A stretch of 64,000 nt of DNA from Alphaproteobacteria bacterium. Lineage in GTDB: Bacteria > Pseudomonadota > Alphaproteobacteria > UBA828. Of the stretch, positions 12,911 through 22,707 are shown piece by piece. A program made the position numbers and the translations under genes. The DNA lies in the NCBI GenBank assembly GCA_965214705.1, contig CBDCCI010000002.1, positions 2,944,001 to 3,008,000 on the forward strand, written 5' to 3'. Under the pieces are notes generated by a model. It saw only the letters and a program-made list of their open reading frames with translations. It was not told the DNA's origin and did no database searches. Numbering within the stretch: the first letter of the stretch is position 1; each line of letters opens with the position of its first letter.

Positions 12911-13417
12911 CTACGCCGCCTTCTTCACCTCGATCTTCCTGGTCGCCGTTCGGGCCGCCTCCGTCTTGGCGATGGCGATCTTCAGGACGCCCTTGTCGAA
13001 GCTGGCCGACACCTTGTCAGCATCGATCTCCGGCGGCAGCTGGAACGAGCGCCGAAAGGAGCCGTAGCTGCGCTCAAGGCGATAATGGCTGCGGTCCTTG
13101 TCCTCTTCCTTCGTCTCCGACTTCTTCTCGCCCTTGATCGTGAGCACGCCGTCGGTGAGGCTGACTTCCACGTCCTCTTCGTCCAGGCCGGGCAGCTCCG
13201 CCGTCACCTCGAGCCGCCCGTCGGTCTCGGTCACGTCCATGCTGGGCGAGAATCCCCCGTCCCACTGGAAGTGCGCGAGACGCGGGAAGTCGGCACCGAA
13301 GAAGTCGGAGAACAGGCGATCGATCCCCTGATGCAGGGGCATCAGCAATTCGTCCGACGACTTGGGCACAGCATGCTTCCCTTGCGTGCGCCAGGGAAAC
13401 AGTTCTTGCATCGACAT
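12911..13417 (-). CDS. Small heat-shock protein (Hsp20/alpha-crystallin)
   Basis: [39 protein letters not shown]. Confidence 0.95.
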   Translation of the reverse strand: MSMQELFPWRTQGKHAVPKSSDELLMPLHQGIDRLFSDFFGADFPRLAHFQWDGGFSPSMDVTETDGRLEVTAELPGLDEEDVEVSLTDGVLTIKGEKKSETKEEDKDRSHYRLERSYGSFRRSFQLPPEIDADKVSASFDKGVLKIAIAKTEAARTATRKIEVKKAA

Positions 13418-13559
13418 GTTCGCTTCTCCTCTCGTTTTGGCTTCGCGGTCCGATCCGGTGCTGCATCCAGAATTGTGCATCCCCGGGTTCGGGGGCACTC
13501 ATCGACACCGCGATCGCCGCGACCGTGACCCGTCTTCTATTTCGCGGTCTCGGGTGGCG

Positions 13560-13597
13560 GCAATTCGGGATTCGTACCTAAGTGGAATCGCGTAACG
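13560..13597. promoter_or_regulatory. 38-bp conserved intergenic motif, copy 1 (putative regulator binding site upstream of hsp20)
   Basis: GCAATTCGGGATTCGTACCTAAGTGGAATCGCGTAACG; 35/38 identical to the copy at 29909. Confidence 0.55.
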
Positions 13598-13852
13598 TCT
13601 CACAGCCGCACCGGGGGATGGTGGCGACGGCACTGAACCCCGCAGCAAGGCCCCGGATCGAACCCAAAGCACAACTGGCGCGTCGGGTGGCTAAGCCTCC
13701 GCGCTGCACGAGATCGAGCAGATCGACGACGCCATTAGTCGGATCGGGCTTGGGGAGCGGCTGTTCCCGAGACACCGGCTCGCGGCAGCAACGCCCAGTG
13801 CCTGCCGACGCTTCGCGATCTGTACATCTGCATTTTCCGCCGCCCCTGTCGA

Positions 13853-15475
13853 TCAGTCGAGTGCGACCTCCCCAGCGACCTCGTCGTGCGCGCCGGCAAG
13901 CGGCACGCCTCTCTCCAGGCCCTTCATGTGGTGGGCGATGCGCCACAGATGGTAGCTGACCCGGTAGAGCCATCGCATGGCGTCGAGCCGCATGAGCGTT
14001 GTTTCCGTATCCACCTCCGACGAGACCGCCGAAGTCACCATGGATTCCCGATAATGACCTCGCCGCCGGCCCAGCATTTGTGTGATCCGATCGAACCTTT
14101 CCAATTCTGACGCGATGTCCGCTTCGGCAGAGCGGTTCAGCGCGTCGCAAAGAACCAGGGAAAGGCGTCGGAGCCGATGCTCGGTGCGCAGGGTCCTCAC
14201 GCGGTCCTCCTGTTGGCCGCGATGAAGCAGGCGCAATGAATGATCCAGGATGTGGATTGTGGCGGCGTGGCGGCTTCGGAATTCCTGATCCAGGGAGTCG
14301 CTACGGATCCGGTCAACGAACGTTCTCGTTCGGACAAGCGCGTCGCTGAGTGCGGTATTCTCCGCCGGTTCTGCGGGTCCTGCGTGCCGGGGATCGAGCA
14401 ACTTCCTGAACGCCGCCGTCACGTGCCCGACGATATCGCTGGCAGTCGAGGTTGCCGCGTAGACCGCAAGCGCCGGATCGTCGAGCAGGCGGTCGTCGAG
14501 GCGGCGTGTGAGCGCCGGCCCCCGATCCGGAAACAGGAATATGATGAGGCGGGCGAACGGCTCCGCAAAGGGAAGCACGAAGGCCACGCCCAGAACGTTG
14601 AAGGCAGTGTGGAAGCCCACCAGTGCGAACTGGGCTGCTTCAACACCACCGCCGGCGAGCCAACGTTCGGTAAGCAGCGCGTAGAGATCGAGAAGGCAGA
14701 AGGCGAGCACGCCGGTCATCAGGTTGTAGATCACATGCGCGAAGCCTGTGCGCCGCGTCGCCGTCGAGCCGCCCACGGTCGCGAGCGCGGCTTTGAAAGT
14801 GGTACCGACGTCCATGCCGATCGCCATTGCTGCGGCCTGCGGGAAAGAGATTGCACCGCTTCCCAGGGCCGCGAGCGCCGTCGCCACGCCGACGCTCGAC
14901 GACTGTGTTACCAGCGTGATTGCAACGCCGATCAGTACCAGCAGCAGCCGTCCGCCCAGGCTGTCATCCGGAAAATCAGCGGGCGTCACGATGCCCTCGA
15001 ACCGGGACATGCCCTCTTGCATGGTGGCGATACCGATGAAGAGCACGCCGAATCCGGCGAGCGCCCAGCCGGCTGCTGCCAGGCGCGAGCCTCCGAACAA
15101 GCGCAACAGAGCGCCGACAAGGACCAGCGGCAGGACGGCGCTGCCGAGGCTGAGCTTGAAGCCCAGGAGCGCCACAAGCCAGCCGGTGATCGTCGTTCCG
15201 ATGTTGGCGCCCAGGACGATGCCGAGGCCCTGCGGAAAGGTCAGCAGCCCGGCTCCGACGAAGCCGACCGCCGTCACCGTCGTCACGCTCGACGACTGTA
15301 CGATTGCCGTGACGACCGCGCCCGCGGCAGCGCCTTTCCAGGGGCTGCTCGTGAACTGCGCCAGCACGCGTTGCATGGAGCCGCCGGCTATGTCGCGCAG
15401 TCCCTGCGTCAGGATGACCATGCCCAGCAGAAACAGTCCAATCCCGCCGAGCGCGACTGGAACGTCTCCATACAT
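13853..15475 (-). CDS. Na+/Pi cotransporter family protein
   Basis: Two QSSS repeats with GANIGTT and GMDVGTT. Confidence 0.9.
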   Translation of the reverse strand: MYGDVPVALGGIGLFLLGMVILTQGLRDIAGGSMQRVLAQFTSSPWKGAAAGAVVTAIVQSSSVTTVTAVGFVGAGLLTFPQGLGIVLGANIGTTITGWLVALLGFKLSLGSAVLPLVLVGALLRLFGGSRLAAAGWALAGFGVLFIGIATMQEGMSRFEGIVTPADFPDDSLGGRLLLVLIGVAITLVTQSSSVGVATALAALGSGAISFPQAAAMAIGMDVGTTFKAALATVGGSTATRRTGFAHVIYNLMTGVLAFCLLDLYALLTERWLAGGGVEAAQFALVGFHTAFNVLGVAFVLPFAEPFARLIIFLFPDRGPALTRRLDDRLLDDPALAVYAATSTASDIVGHVTAAFRKLLDPRHAGPAEPAENTALSDALVRTRTFVDRIRSDSLDQEFRSRHAATIHILDHSLRLLHRGQQEDRVRTLRTEHRLRRLSLVLCDALNRSAEADIASELERFDRITQMLGRRRGHYRESMVTSAVSSEVDTETTLMRLDAMRWLYRVSYHLWRIAHHMKGLERGVPLAGAHDEVAGEVALD

Positions 15476-15523
15476 GGTCCGGCTAAGCGAGCCCGGCCCG
15501 GCCGGAGAGGCTATGCGGGCAGG

Positions 15524-17119
15524 TCACCGGTCCGAAGCCTCTGGGGTGCGCCAAAAGGGCTTGGCGGCAGCAAAGGCGCGCCAGTCCTCGGCGAGGCTGG
15601 TGCGGGTTTCCTTGCAGACACGGGCGTGCCAGCCGATGACCTGCCCCGCCGCAACGGAGAGCGCCGCGAGATCGCCGCTCTTCCGATGATCGCGAAGCAG
15701 TGCCGTCAGGTGTCGCTCCGCGACAGCGGCATCGTTCAGGCGGCCCAGGCCGCCCTGGAGCCCGCGCGCCGCTCTGATGTAGGCATTGGATTTGCTTTCG
15801 GGGAACTGACCGGCGAAGAATTCGCACGGGTATCGCAGCTTCTTGAGCACGATCCTGAGCCGATGGAGTCCGCTGTCGGAGAGGTTCTCGAAGCCACGGC
15901 CGCGCTTGAAGACCCGCTCGTGGCGCTCGTCGAGAAGACGCCCGGCGAGGCCCGCAAGCGGCCGGTCGAGAACGGCGGGGTCAACCTTCTCCTGCCAGGC
16001 CGCTGTCTCGGTCCAGCGACCGAAGCGAAGCAGGAACGTGGTGAATTCAGGGTCACGCAATGCTTCCGCCCGTCGGTACGCGCGCTCGCGTTGCGCGTCG
16101 GCTGCTGCGGCAAGGCACACGAGGGTCTTGTCGTCCGGCCGCGCTGCCTGGACCGCCGCCAGAATTTCAGTGACGAATACGTCCCAGTCGCGGGCCGGGC
16201 CCAGCAAGTCGATGAGGAGCTTGGCCTCGCGCTCCAGCCACACAAGATCAACGGTCGAGAGAACGGGCTTGAAAGTGGAGAGCATCGAGCGCAGCCGACG
16301 CAGTGCAACACGAAACTGATGCACTCCTTCTGGATCGTCACCGTCCAGCACCGCATCCAGATTCGCCGCACAGTGGTCGGCGCAAGCGAGAAAGATCGCC
16401 CTCAAGGCACTGTCCACCGAGATACCTGGTTCCAGTGCCAGCGCGGGAGCCTTGTGACCGGTATATCCTTCTGCTCCGGCGAGGACGTACCCGCGCTTGG
16501 CTTTGCTGGCCGTCTGAATGCGGAACGACGCGGAGCCCTGCAGAGCCATGGCGAGTTCGTAGAGCGCGCTTGTCGGACCTTCGATCAGCTCAAGTTCGAG
16601 CTCCGAAACCGCATCCCGCTTCCCCTGGGCTTTGATCTCTCCGCTGTCGAGCGCGAGCTCGACCAGGGCGGCCCCGTGATCGAGTGCGGCGACCTCGACT
16701 CTGGCCGTCCGGCGCGTGACATCGGTGCAGAAGACCGGAGTCAGCTCCGCCGGTCCGAGTGGCCCGACCGTGTCGTGGACCGATGGATCTGACGCAAAGG
16801 GGAGGCTGGGCAGTGGCGTCTCGACCGGCCGCGACCATTCCTGGCGTCTGAGGATCAGACCGGGCCCGAAAGGCTCTTTCGACTTCAGGGTCTGGACCAG
16901 ACGTTCCCCGTCTTCACGAATGCGCAGTGTGAAGCCACAGCGGCGCAGGCGGAAGTCGCGCGTATCGTAATAGGTGCTGCGCAGCCGATGCGACGCATAG
17001 TCTGCATCCCCGGATACGGCCGTCCGCCAGCCTCGCTCAAGGGCGGCGGGATTGCCGGCGAGCGTCAGCTCGACCTCAGGCGCCGGCCCACCCTTTGCGG
17101 CTGCAGTTCCCCTTGTCAC
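15524..17119 (-). CDS. CYTH + CHAD domain protein (YgiF-like inorganic triphosphatase)
   Basis: EVELTL, YYDT...L..GFTLRIR, ELELEL, SKAKRGY; CHAD motifs VHQFRVALRRLRS, ARDWDV, LHRLRI..KKLRY. Confidence 0.9.
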   Translation of the reverse strand: MTRGTAAAKGGPAPEVELTLAGNPAALERGWRTAVSGDADYASHRLRSTYYDTRDFRLRRCGFTLRIREDGERLVQTLKSKEPFGPGLILRRQEWSRPVETPLPSLPFASDPSVHDTVGPLGPAELTPVFCTDVTRRTARVEVAALDHGAALVELALDSGEIKAQGKRDAVSELELELIEGPTSALYELAMALQGSASFRIQTASKAKRGYVLAGAEGYTGHKAPALALEPGISVDSALRAIFLACADHCAANLDAVLDGDDPEGVHQFRVALRRLRSMLSTFKPVLSTVDLVWLEREAKLLIDLLGPARDWDVFVTEILAAVQAARPDDKTLVCLAAAADAQRERAYRRAEALRDPEFTTFLLRFGRWTETAAWQEKVDPAVLDRPLAGLAGRLLDERHERVFKRGRGFENLSDSGLHRLRIVLKKLRYPCEFFAGQFPESKSNAYIRAARGLQGGLGRLNDAAVAERHLTALLRDHRKSGDLAALSVAAGQVIGWHARVCKETRTSLAEDWRAFAAAKPFWRTPEASDR

Positions 17120-17417
17120 TGTCGAATTCGCCCTTCGATCAACGGCCCCGCTATTGAACGCGCTTCAGCGTTCGTCCCCGGGAGGCTCCCATACCGGTGT
17201 CCGTCCGCCAGGAGTTGAAGCTGGCATCGCGCGAAGTACGGGAGTGAGCACCAAATGATTCTAAGTAACTACCCAGGTACCCCGCCGCCAGATCTGAGTG
17301 CGTGCTGATGTTGGTCGCCGCCGGTGCCGTTTGGCCGTCGGCGCATCGATGATCTGCCCCTTGACTGTATAGGCGCGCTCGCCTATGGGTTGCTCTCTCG
17401 CATGAGAGGAGCAGCCG

Positions 17418-18086
17418 GTGGGGTATTTCGGATCGAAGGCGACGACCGGTCTGAGCCAGGCGCTGATTGCGCTGATGCCCCCGCACTCTGTCTATATCGA
17501 GAGCCACTTGGGGGGCGGGGCGCTGATGAAGCGCAAGCCTGCGGCCGTGCGCTTGATCGGGATTGACCGCGACGAGCGGGCGCTTGAGTCCTTCGACTGT
17601 GGCTACCCGGTGGAGTTGGTGCACGGCTGCGCCCACTCCTTTCTGGCCTCGTTCCCGTTCCTGGGCCCGGAGCTGGTCTACAGCGATCCGCCCTATCTGC
17701 ACGCGACCCGGCGTTCGTCGCAGCGCTACCGCTTCGAGTACGAGGAGGCCGACCACGTCGCGCTCCTCGAACTGCTCAAGGGTCTGCCCTGCCAGGTGAT
17801 GGTCTCGGGCCACCCGTCTGCGCTCTATGACGAGTTGCTGGCGGGCTGGCGCCGGCTGGCGCTGCAGGTGACGACCCAGGCCCAGGTGCGGACCGAGGTG
17901 GTGTGGTTCAACTTCGCGCCCGACCGGGTGCACTGGGCGAGCTGCGCGGGCCGCAACTTCACCGACCGCCAGCGCATCAAGCGCAAGGCGGCCAACTGGG
18001 GCCGGCGCTACGAGGCCATGCCGGCGGGCGAACGCCTGGCGGTGCTGGCCGCGATCATGGCCGTCGAGGCTGACGAGGGTTTGTGA
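17418..18086 (+). CDS. D12-class N6-adenine DNA methyltransferase (short Dam-like), IS passenger
   Basis: GYFGSK, YIESHLGGGA (motif I), LVYSDPPY (motif IV); GAGGAG ribosome-binding site. Confidence 0.85.
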   Translation: MGYFGSKATTGLSQALIALMPPHSVYIESHLGGGALMKRKPAAVRLIGIDRDERALESFDCGYPVELVHGCAHSFLASFPFLGPELVYSDPPYLHATRRSSQRYRFEYEEADHVALLELLKGLPCQVMVSGHPSALYDELLAGWRRLALQVTTQAQVRTEVVWFNFAPDRVHWASCAGRNFTDRQRIKRKAANWGRRYEAMPAGERLAVLAAIMAVEADEGL

Positions 18087-19645
18087 CAGTGTCGCGCTGG
18101 CACGCGGACCTCGCCGCTCACGACGAGGCTTTCGCGTGCCTGCAGGACCTTTTCACCCCACAATCCTTCGCGATGACCGCCGTCAAAGCCATCCGGGAAT
18201 GGGGCCAGGGGCTGCTTCGCCTGAGCGCGGCGCTGGTCAAGGAGAACGACGCGCTGGAGCGGGAGAACGCCCGCTTGCGCGAGCGGATCGCCGAACTTGA
18301 GCGCAGCGCCGCGCTCGACAGCACCACCAGCTCCAAGCCGCCGGCCAGCGACGGCCTGAAGAAGAAGAGCGGAGACCAGGAGAAGAAGAGCGGAGACCAG
18401 GAGAAGCGCACCCGGAGCCGGCGCGGCAAATCCGACAGGCCCAGCGGCGGTCAGCCGGGCCACAAGGGAACCACCCTGGAGCGGACCGAGAACCCGGACC
18501 ACGTCGTGGATCATGATCCGTCCGCCTGTGAGGGCTGCGGCGCGCCGCTGTCGGACGCCGACCGTCACGGAGCCCCCGTCTGCCGGCAGGTCTTCGATGT
18601 GCCCGAGCCGCAGCCCCTCGAGGCCACCGAGCATCGCGGCCATCGCTGCCTCTGCGCCGCCTGCGGTACCATGACAACAGCCGCCTTCCCGAACGGCGTG
18701 AGCGCCCCGGTCCAGTACGGGCCGCGCATCACCGCGTGGGTGACCTACCTGCTGCACGCTCAGTTCATTCCGGAGAAGCGCGTCGCCGAGGTCATGAGCG
18801 ATCTCTTCGCGGTCAAGATCTCAACGGCCACCATCGCCGCCATGGGCCGGCGCACCGCCCGGCGCTTCGAGGGCTTCCTCGATCGTGTCGCAGAGATCAT
18901 CCGCACCGAAGCCCCGGTCAAACACCTCGACGAGACCGGCATCCGCATCGCCGCCCGGACCCATTGGCTCCACGTGCTGTGCACCCCGTTGCTGACCATC
19001 CTGCGCGTCGCCAGCGGGCGCGGCCATTTCGACGAGAAGCTCAACGGCATCGTCATCCATGACGACTATGCCACCTACTTCGCTCTCGAGGGCGTGCGCC
19101 ACGGGGCCTGCAACGCCCATCACCTGCGTGAGCTCCAGGCCCTGATCGAGATCGAGAAGGAAGACTGGGCAACGAGCACGCACCAGCTGCTCTCCCGTGC
19201 CAACAGAGCCGCCCGCTTCGCCCGCAAGAATGATCGCGACGTGCCCGCATCACTGGTCGCCCGCATCTCGCGAGCCTGGGACCGCATCCTCGAACGTGCC
19301 ATCGCCGCTCACGAAGAGATGCCGCCGCTCCAGACCGGAAAGCGCGGACGACAAAAGCGCCGCATCGGTCACAACCTCGCGCTCCGGCTCCAGAAGTACA
19401 AGGAGGGGTGCCTGCGCTTCCTCACCGACCCGCGAACCCCGTTCTCGAACAATGAGGCGGAGCGCGATCTGCGAATGGGCAAGCTGCGTCAGAAAATCTC
19501 AGGCGGCTTCCGCTCGATGCAAGGTGCCTGCGACTTCGCCAACCTGCGGTCCGTCATCGCCACCGCTCGAAAACAGCGCTGGAATGTCCTCGAAACCCTG
19601 GCGCACCCCGATCCCATGCAGCTAATCCCGGTACTGCGCTTCTGA
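18083..19645 (+). CDS. IS66-family transposase (TnpC)
   Basis: SSKPPASDG, GGQPGHKG, zinc finger C..C/C..CG, HLDETG, CNAHHLREL, NNEAERDLR. Confidence 0.95.
   Translation: MTVSRWHADLAAHDEAFACLQDLFTPQSFAMTAVKAIREWGQGLLRLSAALVKENDALERENARLRERIAELERSAALDSTTSSKPPASDGLKKKSGDQEKKSGDQEKRTRSRRGKSDRPSGGQPGHKGTTLERTENPDHVVDHDPSACEGCGAPLSDADRHGAPVCRQVFDVPEPQPLEATEHRGHRCLCAACGTMTTAAFPNGVSAPVQYGPRITAWVTYLLHAQFIPEKRVAEVMSDLFAVKISTATIAAMGRRTARRFEGFLDRVAEIIRTEAPVKHLDETGIRIAARTHWLHVLCTPLLTILRVASGRGHFDEKLNGIVIHDDYATYFALEGVRHGACNAHHLRELQALIEIEKEDWATSTHQLLSRANRAARFARKNDRDVPASLVARISRAWDRILERAIAAHEEMPPLQTGKRGRQKRRIGHNLALRLQKYKEGCLRFLTDPRTPFSNNEAERDLRMGKLRQKISGGFRSMQGACDFANLRSVIATARKQRWNVLETLAHPDPMQLIPVLRF
18361..18406 (+). 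repeat. In-frame 21-bp tandem duplication (KKSGDQE x2) inside the transposase
   Basis: GAAGAAGAGCGGAGACCAGGA twice, followed by GAAG. Confidence 0.85.
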
Positions 19646-19891
19646 AATCCCCCGCCGCTCCGCTCCACGTCAGCGGCACCAGGCCAGAGGCATCAGTCCA
19701 TCACGCGTGAGTGCTCGGCGGAATCAGACCTGGGCAGTTACGATTCTAAGACCAATCTGTCGATCTTGTGACGCGAACGTATGAGTTAATCGTCCTCCAA
19801 TTCGTGAATGTCTTGCATTCTTTCCCAGCGCCGCGTAATCAGTTTATGCGATGATATTTCGCAGCCCCAATTTTCTCCTGTCTCTGACGCT

Positions 19892-21570
19892 GGGTGTAGG
19901 TCTGGCATGGCGATCGTAAGTCATTGATTTAGCGCGATTGGCGGGTGGCCGTAGGCAGCCAGAATCGGGTTTTCGTGACAATCGGCCGGTGCAGGGCCGG
20001 ATTTTGTCACAACGGCGGCATCCAGCAGTGGTGGGTGGGAACGCTCCGCACCGCGAGATGCGGTAGGATGCCGCGCCGACAACCCAACATCAGACCCAAC
20101 ATCAGGAGCGTTCCCATGCCAGTGTCGCAGTCTCTCATCGCCTCGTCCATCGACCTTTTGGGCCTGCCTGCCGAAGTCGCCGAAGCGGTCGCCCAGGTGG
20201 TGGAGTTCTGTCGCGAACAGGCTGGGTCTGACCCGTCTGCCGAGACGTTCGAAACGGTTGAGACGGGGCTGCGGGACGCCATGAACGGCTTGGGTTGCAA
20301 GCTCCTTGGGGCCTTCGCCGAGAGCCGCGACGACGGTGCGAGCCGGATCGAGCGCGACGGACAGAGCTGGGTCCGGGTGGCGGCGACGCCGAAGACGATC
20401 ATGACGACGCTCGGTCCCGTGACCTATCGGCGTGCGCGCTATCGCAGCGGCGCGAGCAGCACGTCGCTGGTGCCGGTGGACGAGAGCCTGGGCCTCATCG
20501 ACGACTACCTGACGCGGCCGGCGGCGCAGCTCGGGCTGATGATGATGGGCCACTGTACGCCGCGTGAAGCGGAGGAGTTCTTCGCGAAAATGGGCGGAAT
20601 GACGCCGTCGGTGAGCACGCTGCAGCGCCTGGCCCTGAGCATGCATGAGCACTGGGAGAGCGTCGCCCCGGAGACGCTGGCCAGCATCCGTGAAACCCAG
20701 GGCATACCGCCCGATGCGGTCACCGCGTCCGTCTCCCTTGACGGCGTCATGGTGGCGCTGCGGGCCGGCGAGGACGGCCGTGCCGAGGCGTGCTGGCGCG
20801 AGGCCTCTTGCGGCACGGTCTCCTTCCACGACGCCGAGGGCCAACGGCTGAAGACCCTCTATCTCGGCCGTATGCCCGAGAGCGGCAAGGCCGCGCTGAA
20901 AGCGCAACTTGCAAGCGAGGTCGCCCATATCCGCCGTGTGAGCCCGAAGATCAGGATCGGCGCCGTCGCCGACGGGGCCGCCGACAACTGGACCTTCCTC
21001 GAAAGCCTCTCGCCCGAGACCGAGGTCATCGACTTCTGGCACGCTTGCGAGCATCTCCGCGTGGCCTCTGACCATGCGGTGGCGCGCCACTGGTTCGAGA
21101 AGCACCGCGAAATCCTGCGCCACGACCCCCGCGGCGTCGACAAGGTGATCCGGGCACTGCGCTACCTCCTGGACAGGGCAAAGGGGGACCCGGCCGAGAT
21201 CGAGCGCGAGCTGGCCTTCTTCCGAAAGCACCGCCATCGGATGCGCTACCACGCCCTGAAGGAAGAGGGCATCGCCATCGGCTCGGGTGTGGTCGAGGCG
21301 GCCTGCAAGACCCTCGTCGCGCAGCGCTTGAAACGCTCGGGCATGCGCTGGCGGATCGACGGCGGGCAGGCGGTTCTGACCTTCCGCGCCCTGATCAAAT
21401 CCGGCCTCTTCGACCGGGCATGGGATGCGCTCATGGACGCCCGATCCGGACCAGCTAACGACAACATCAGCCCAACCGAAGTCCTGGCACTCGCTGCTTG
21501 ACCAAAATGAACCAGCCCATATCCTTTAGCGCCATCACGACTGGCATATCGCCATACGAGAATCACACCC
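19892..21570 (+). mobile_element. ISKra4/ISLre2-like (mutator-like) insertion sequence
   Basis: Inverted repeats GGGTGTAGGTCTGGCATGGCGAT / GGGTGTGATTCTCGTATGGCGAT (18/23); 8-bp target duplication CTGACGCT at 19884-19891 and 21571-21578. Confidence 0.88.
20116..21501 (+). CDS. ISKra4-family (UPF0236-like) DDE transposase
   Basis: SLDGVMV, VADGAADNW, IDFWHACEHL, IGSGVVEAACK..RLKRSGMRW; start position uncertain. Confidence 0.85.
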   Translation: MPVSQSLIASSIDLLGLPAEVAEAVAQVVEFCREQAGSDPSAETFETVETGLRDAMNGLGCKLLGAFAESRDDGASRIERDGQSWVRVAATPKTIMTTLGPVTYRRARYRSGASSTSLVPVDESLGLIDDYLTRPAAQLGLMMMGHCTPREAEEFFAKMGGMTPSVSTLQRLALSMHEHWESVAPETLASIRETQGIPPDAVTASVSLDGVMVALRAGEDGRAEACWREASCGTVSFHDAEGQRLKTLYLGRMPESGKAALKAQLASEVAHIRRVSPKIRIGAVADGAADNWTFLESLSPETEVIDFWHACEHLRVASDHAVARHWFEKHREILRHDPRGVDKVIRALRYLLDRAKGDPAEIERELAFFRKHRHRMRYHALKEEGIAIGSGVVEAACKTLVAQRLKRSGMRWRIDGGQAVLTFRALIKSGLFDRAWDALMDARSGPANDNISPTEVLALAA

Positions 21571-21675
21571 CTGACGCTTTTATTGGTGATCTTCAGTCCT
21601 ATGAATTGCGTTGACCAGTGATTTGGCCATACTTTCGAATCGGCCGCCTCTTTTATATATCAAGTCTGGGTCCAT

Positions 21676-21713
21676 TCAATTCGGGATTCATACTTAGGTG
21701 AAATTGCGTAGCG
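21676..21713. promoter_or_regulatory. 38-bp conserved intergenic motif, copy 2
   Basis: TCAATTCGGGATTCATACTTAGGTGAAATTGCGTAGCG; 32/38 identical to copy 3. Confidence 0.5.
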
Positions 21714-22085
21714 ACTGACCACCGGCACGGAATAAGAGCCAAAGCGCTCCTTCAGCGACAACAGCTCTCCTACCTCACTCCAGAATCGAGCCAGACTGGG
21801 TGGCAATACTCGTCATTCCCCCTCTCCGCGTGCATCATGGAGCCAGCGAATCACATCAGAGAACTATGTGCAATTGTAGTGCTATTCCTATTCCTCAAAG
21901 AACAGGTCCACGAGCTGCTCTATGCCTCCACGGGCCAATCAGCCAGCAAAGATTTCGAGTGATTATTGAGCCAGTCTCCCGATCCTTTTGGTCCTCACAG
22001 CCGCACCGGGGATGGTGGCGACGGCACTGAACCGCACAGCAAGCCCCTGAATCGGGCACAGGTCGTAACGTGTGGGTGGGCTGGC

Positions 22086-22706
22086 TTACTCGGCGAGCGG
22101 GTCGATACCGGAGACGATTGCCATGCGAACCAGGTGCGACAGGCTGCCGGCGCCCATCTTGACCATGACGTTCTTGCGGTAGATCTCGACCGTGCGCGGA
22201 CTGATGCCAAGCTCGTAGGCGGCGATCTTGTTGGGTCGACCCATGACCAATTGCTCGAACACCTCGCGCTCGCGGGGGGTCAAGGTGTCGATGCGCCGCT
22301 CAATCTCCGATCTCTCGTTCAAATGGCGTCGCAGGTTCGTTCCTGCCTCGATGGCCCGTTCCACACTCGCAATCAGGCGGTCTCGCGCCACCGGCTTCTC
22401 GATAAAGTCGATTGCGCCCGCGCGCATCGCACGCACGGCCATCGCAACGTCGCCATATGCTGTCACGATGATGACTGGAATCGTCTTCTCTTGTTCGGCC
22501 AGTCGCCGTTGAACTTCAAGCCCGTCGATTCCCGGCATCTTGATGTCCAGGACGACGCATGCAGCATCGTCGTCCGTCACTGCATCCAAGAACGCGGCAC
22601 CTGAGTCAAAGGTAGCCGTTCGGAAGCCCGCAGATTGAAGCAGCGCTTCGAGCGCCTCGCACACGGCCTCGTCGTCATCCACCACAAGAACGCGCGCGGG
22701 TGCCAT
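22086..22706 (-). CDS. fixJ: FixJ-like response regulator (REC + LuxR HTH)
   Basis: VVDDD, LDIKMPGIDG, GAIDFIEKP, LTPREREV..NK..A..LGISPRTVEIYR. Confidence 0.9.
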   Translation of the reverse strand: MAPARVLVVDDDEAVCEALEALLQSAGFRTATFDSGAAFLDAVTDDDAACVVLDIKMPGIDGLEVQRRLAEQEKTIPVIIVTAYGDVAMAVRAMRAGAIDFIEKPVARDRLIASVERAIEAGTNLRRHLNERSEIERRIDTLTPREREVFEQLVMGRPNKIAAYELGISPRTVEIYRKNVMVKMGAGSLSHLVRMAIVSGIDPLAE

Positions 22707-22707
22707 C

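Larger units (their letters stand above)
17265..19741 (+). mobile_element. IS66-family element (single-transposase type) carrying a passenger DNA methylase
   Basis: Inverted repeats GTAACTACCCAGGT / GTAACTGCCCAGGT; 8-bp target duplication GATTCTAA at 17257-17264 and 19742-19749. Confidence 0.92.

Noticed and set aside
14240-16792. Long plus-strand ORFs (850 aa here; also 1551-3179, 6484-7923, 9257-11527, 27058-28596)
   Set aside because: Antisense shadows of well-supported minus-strand genes in high-GC DNA, with no recognisable motifs
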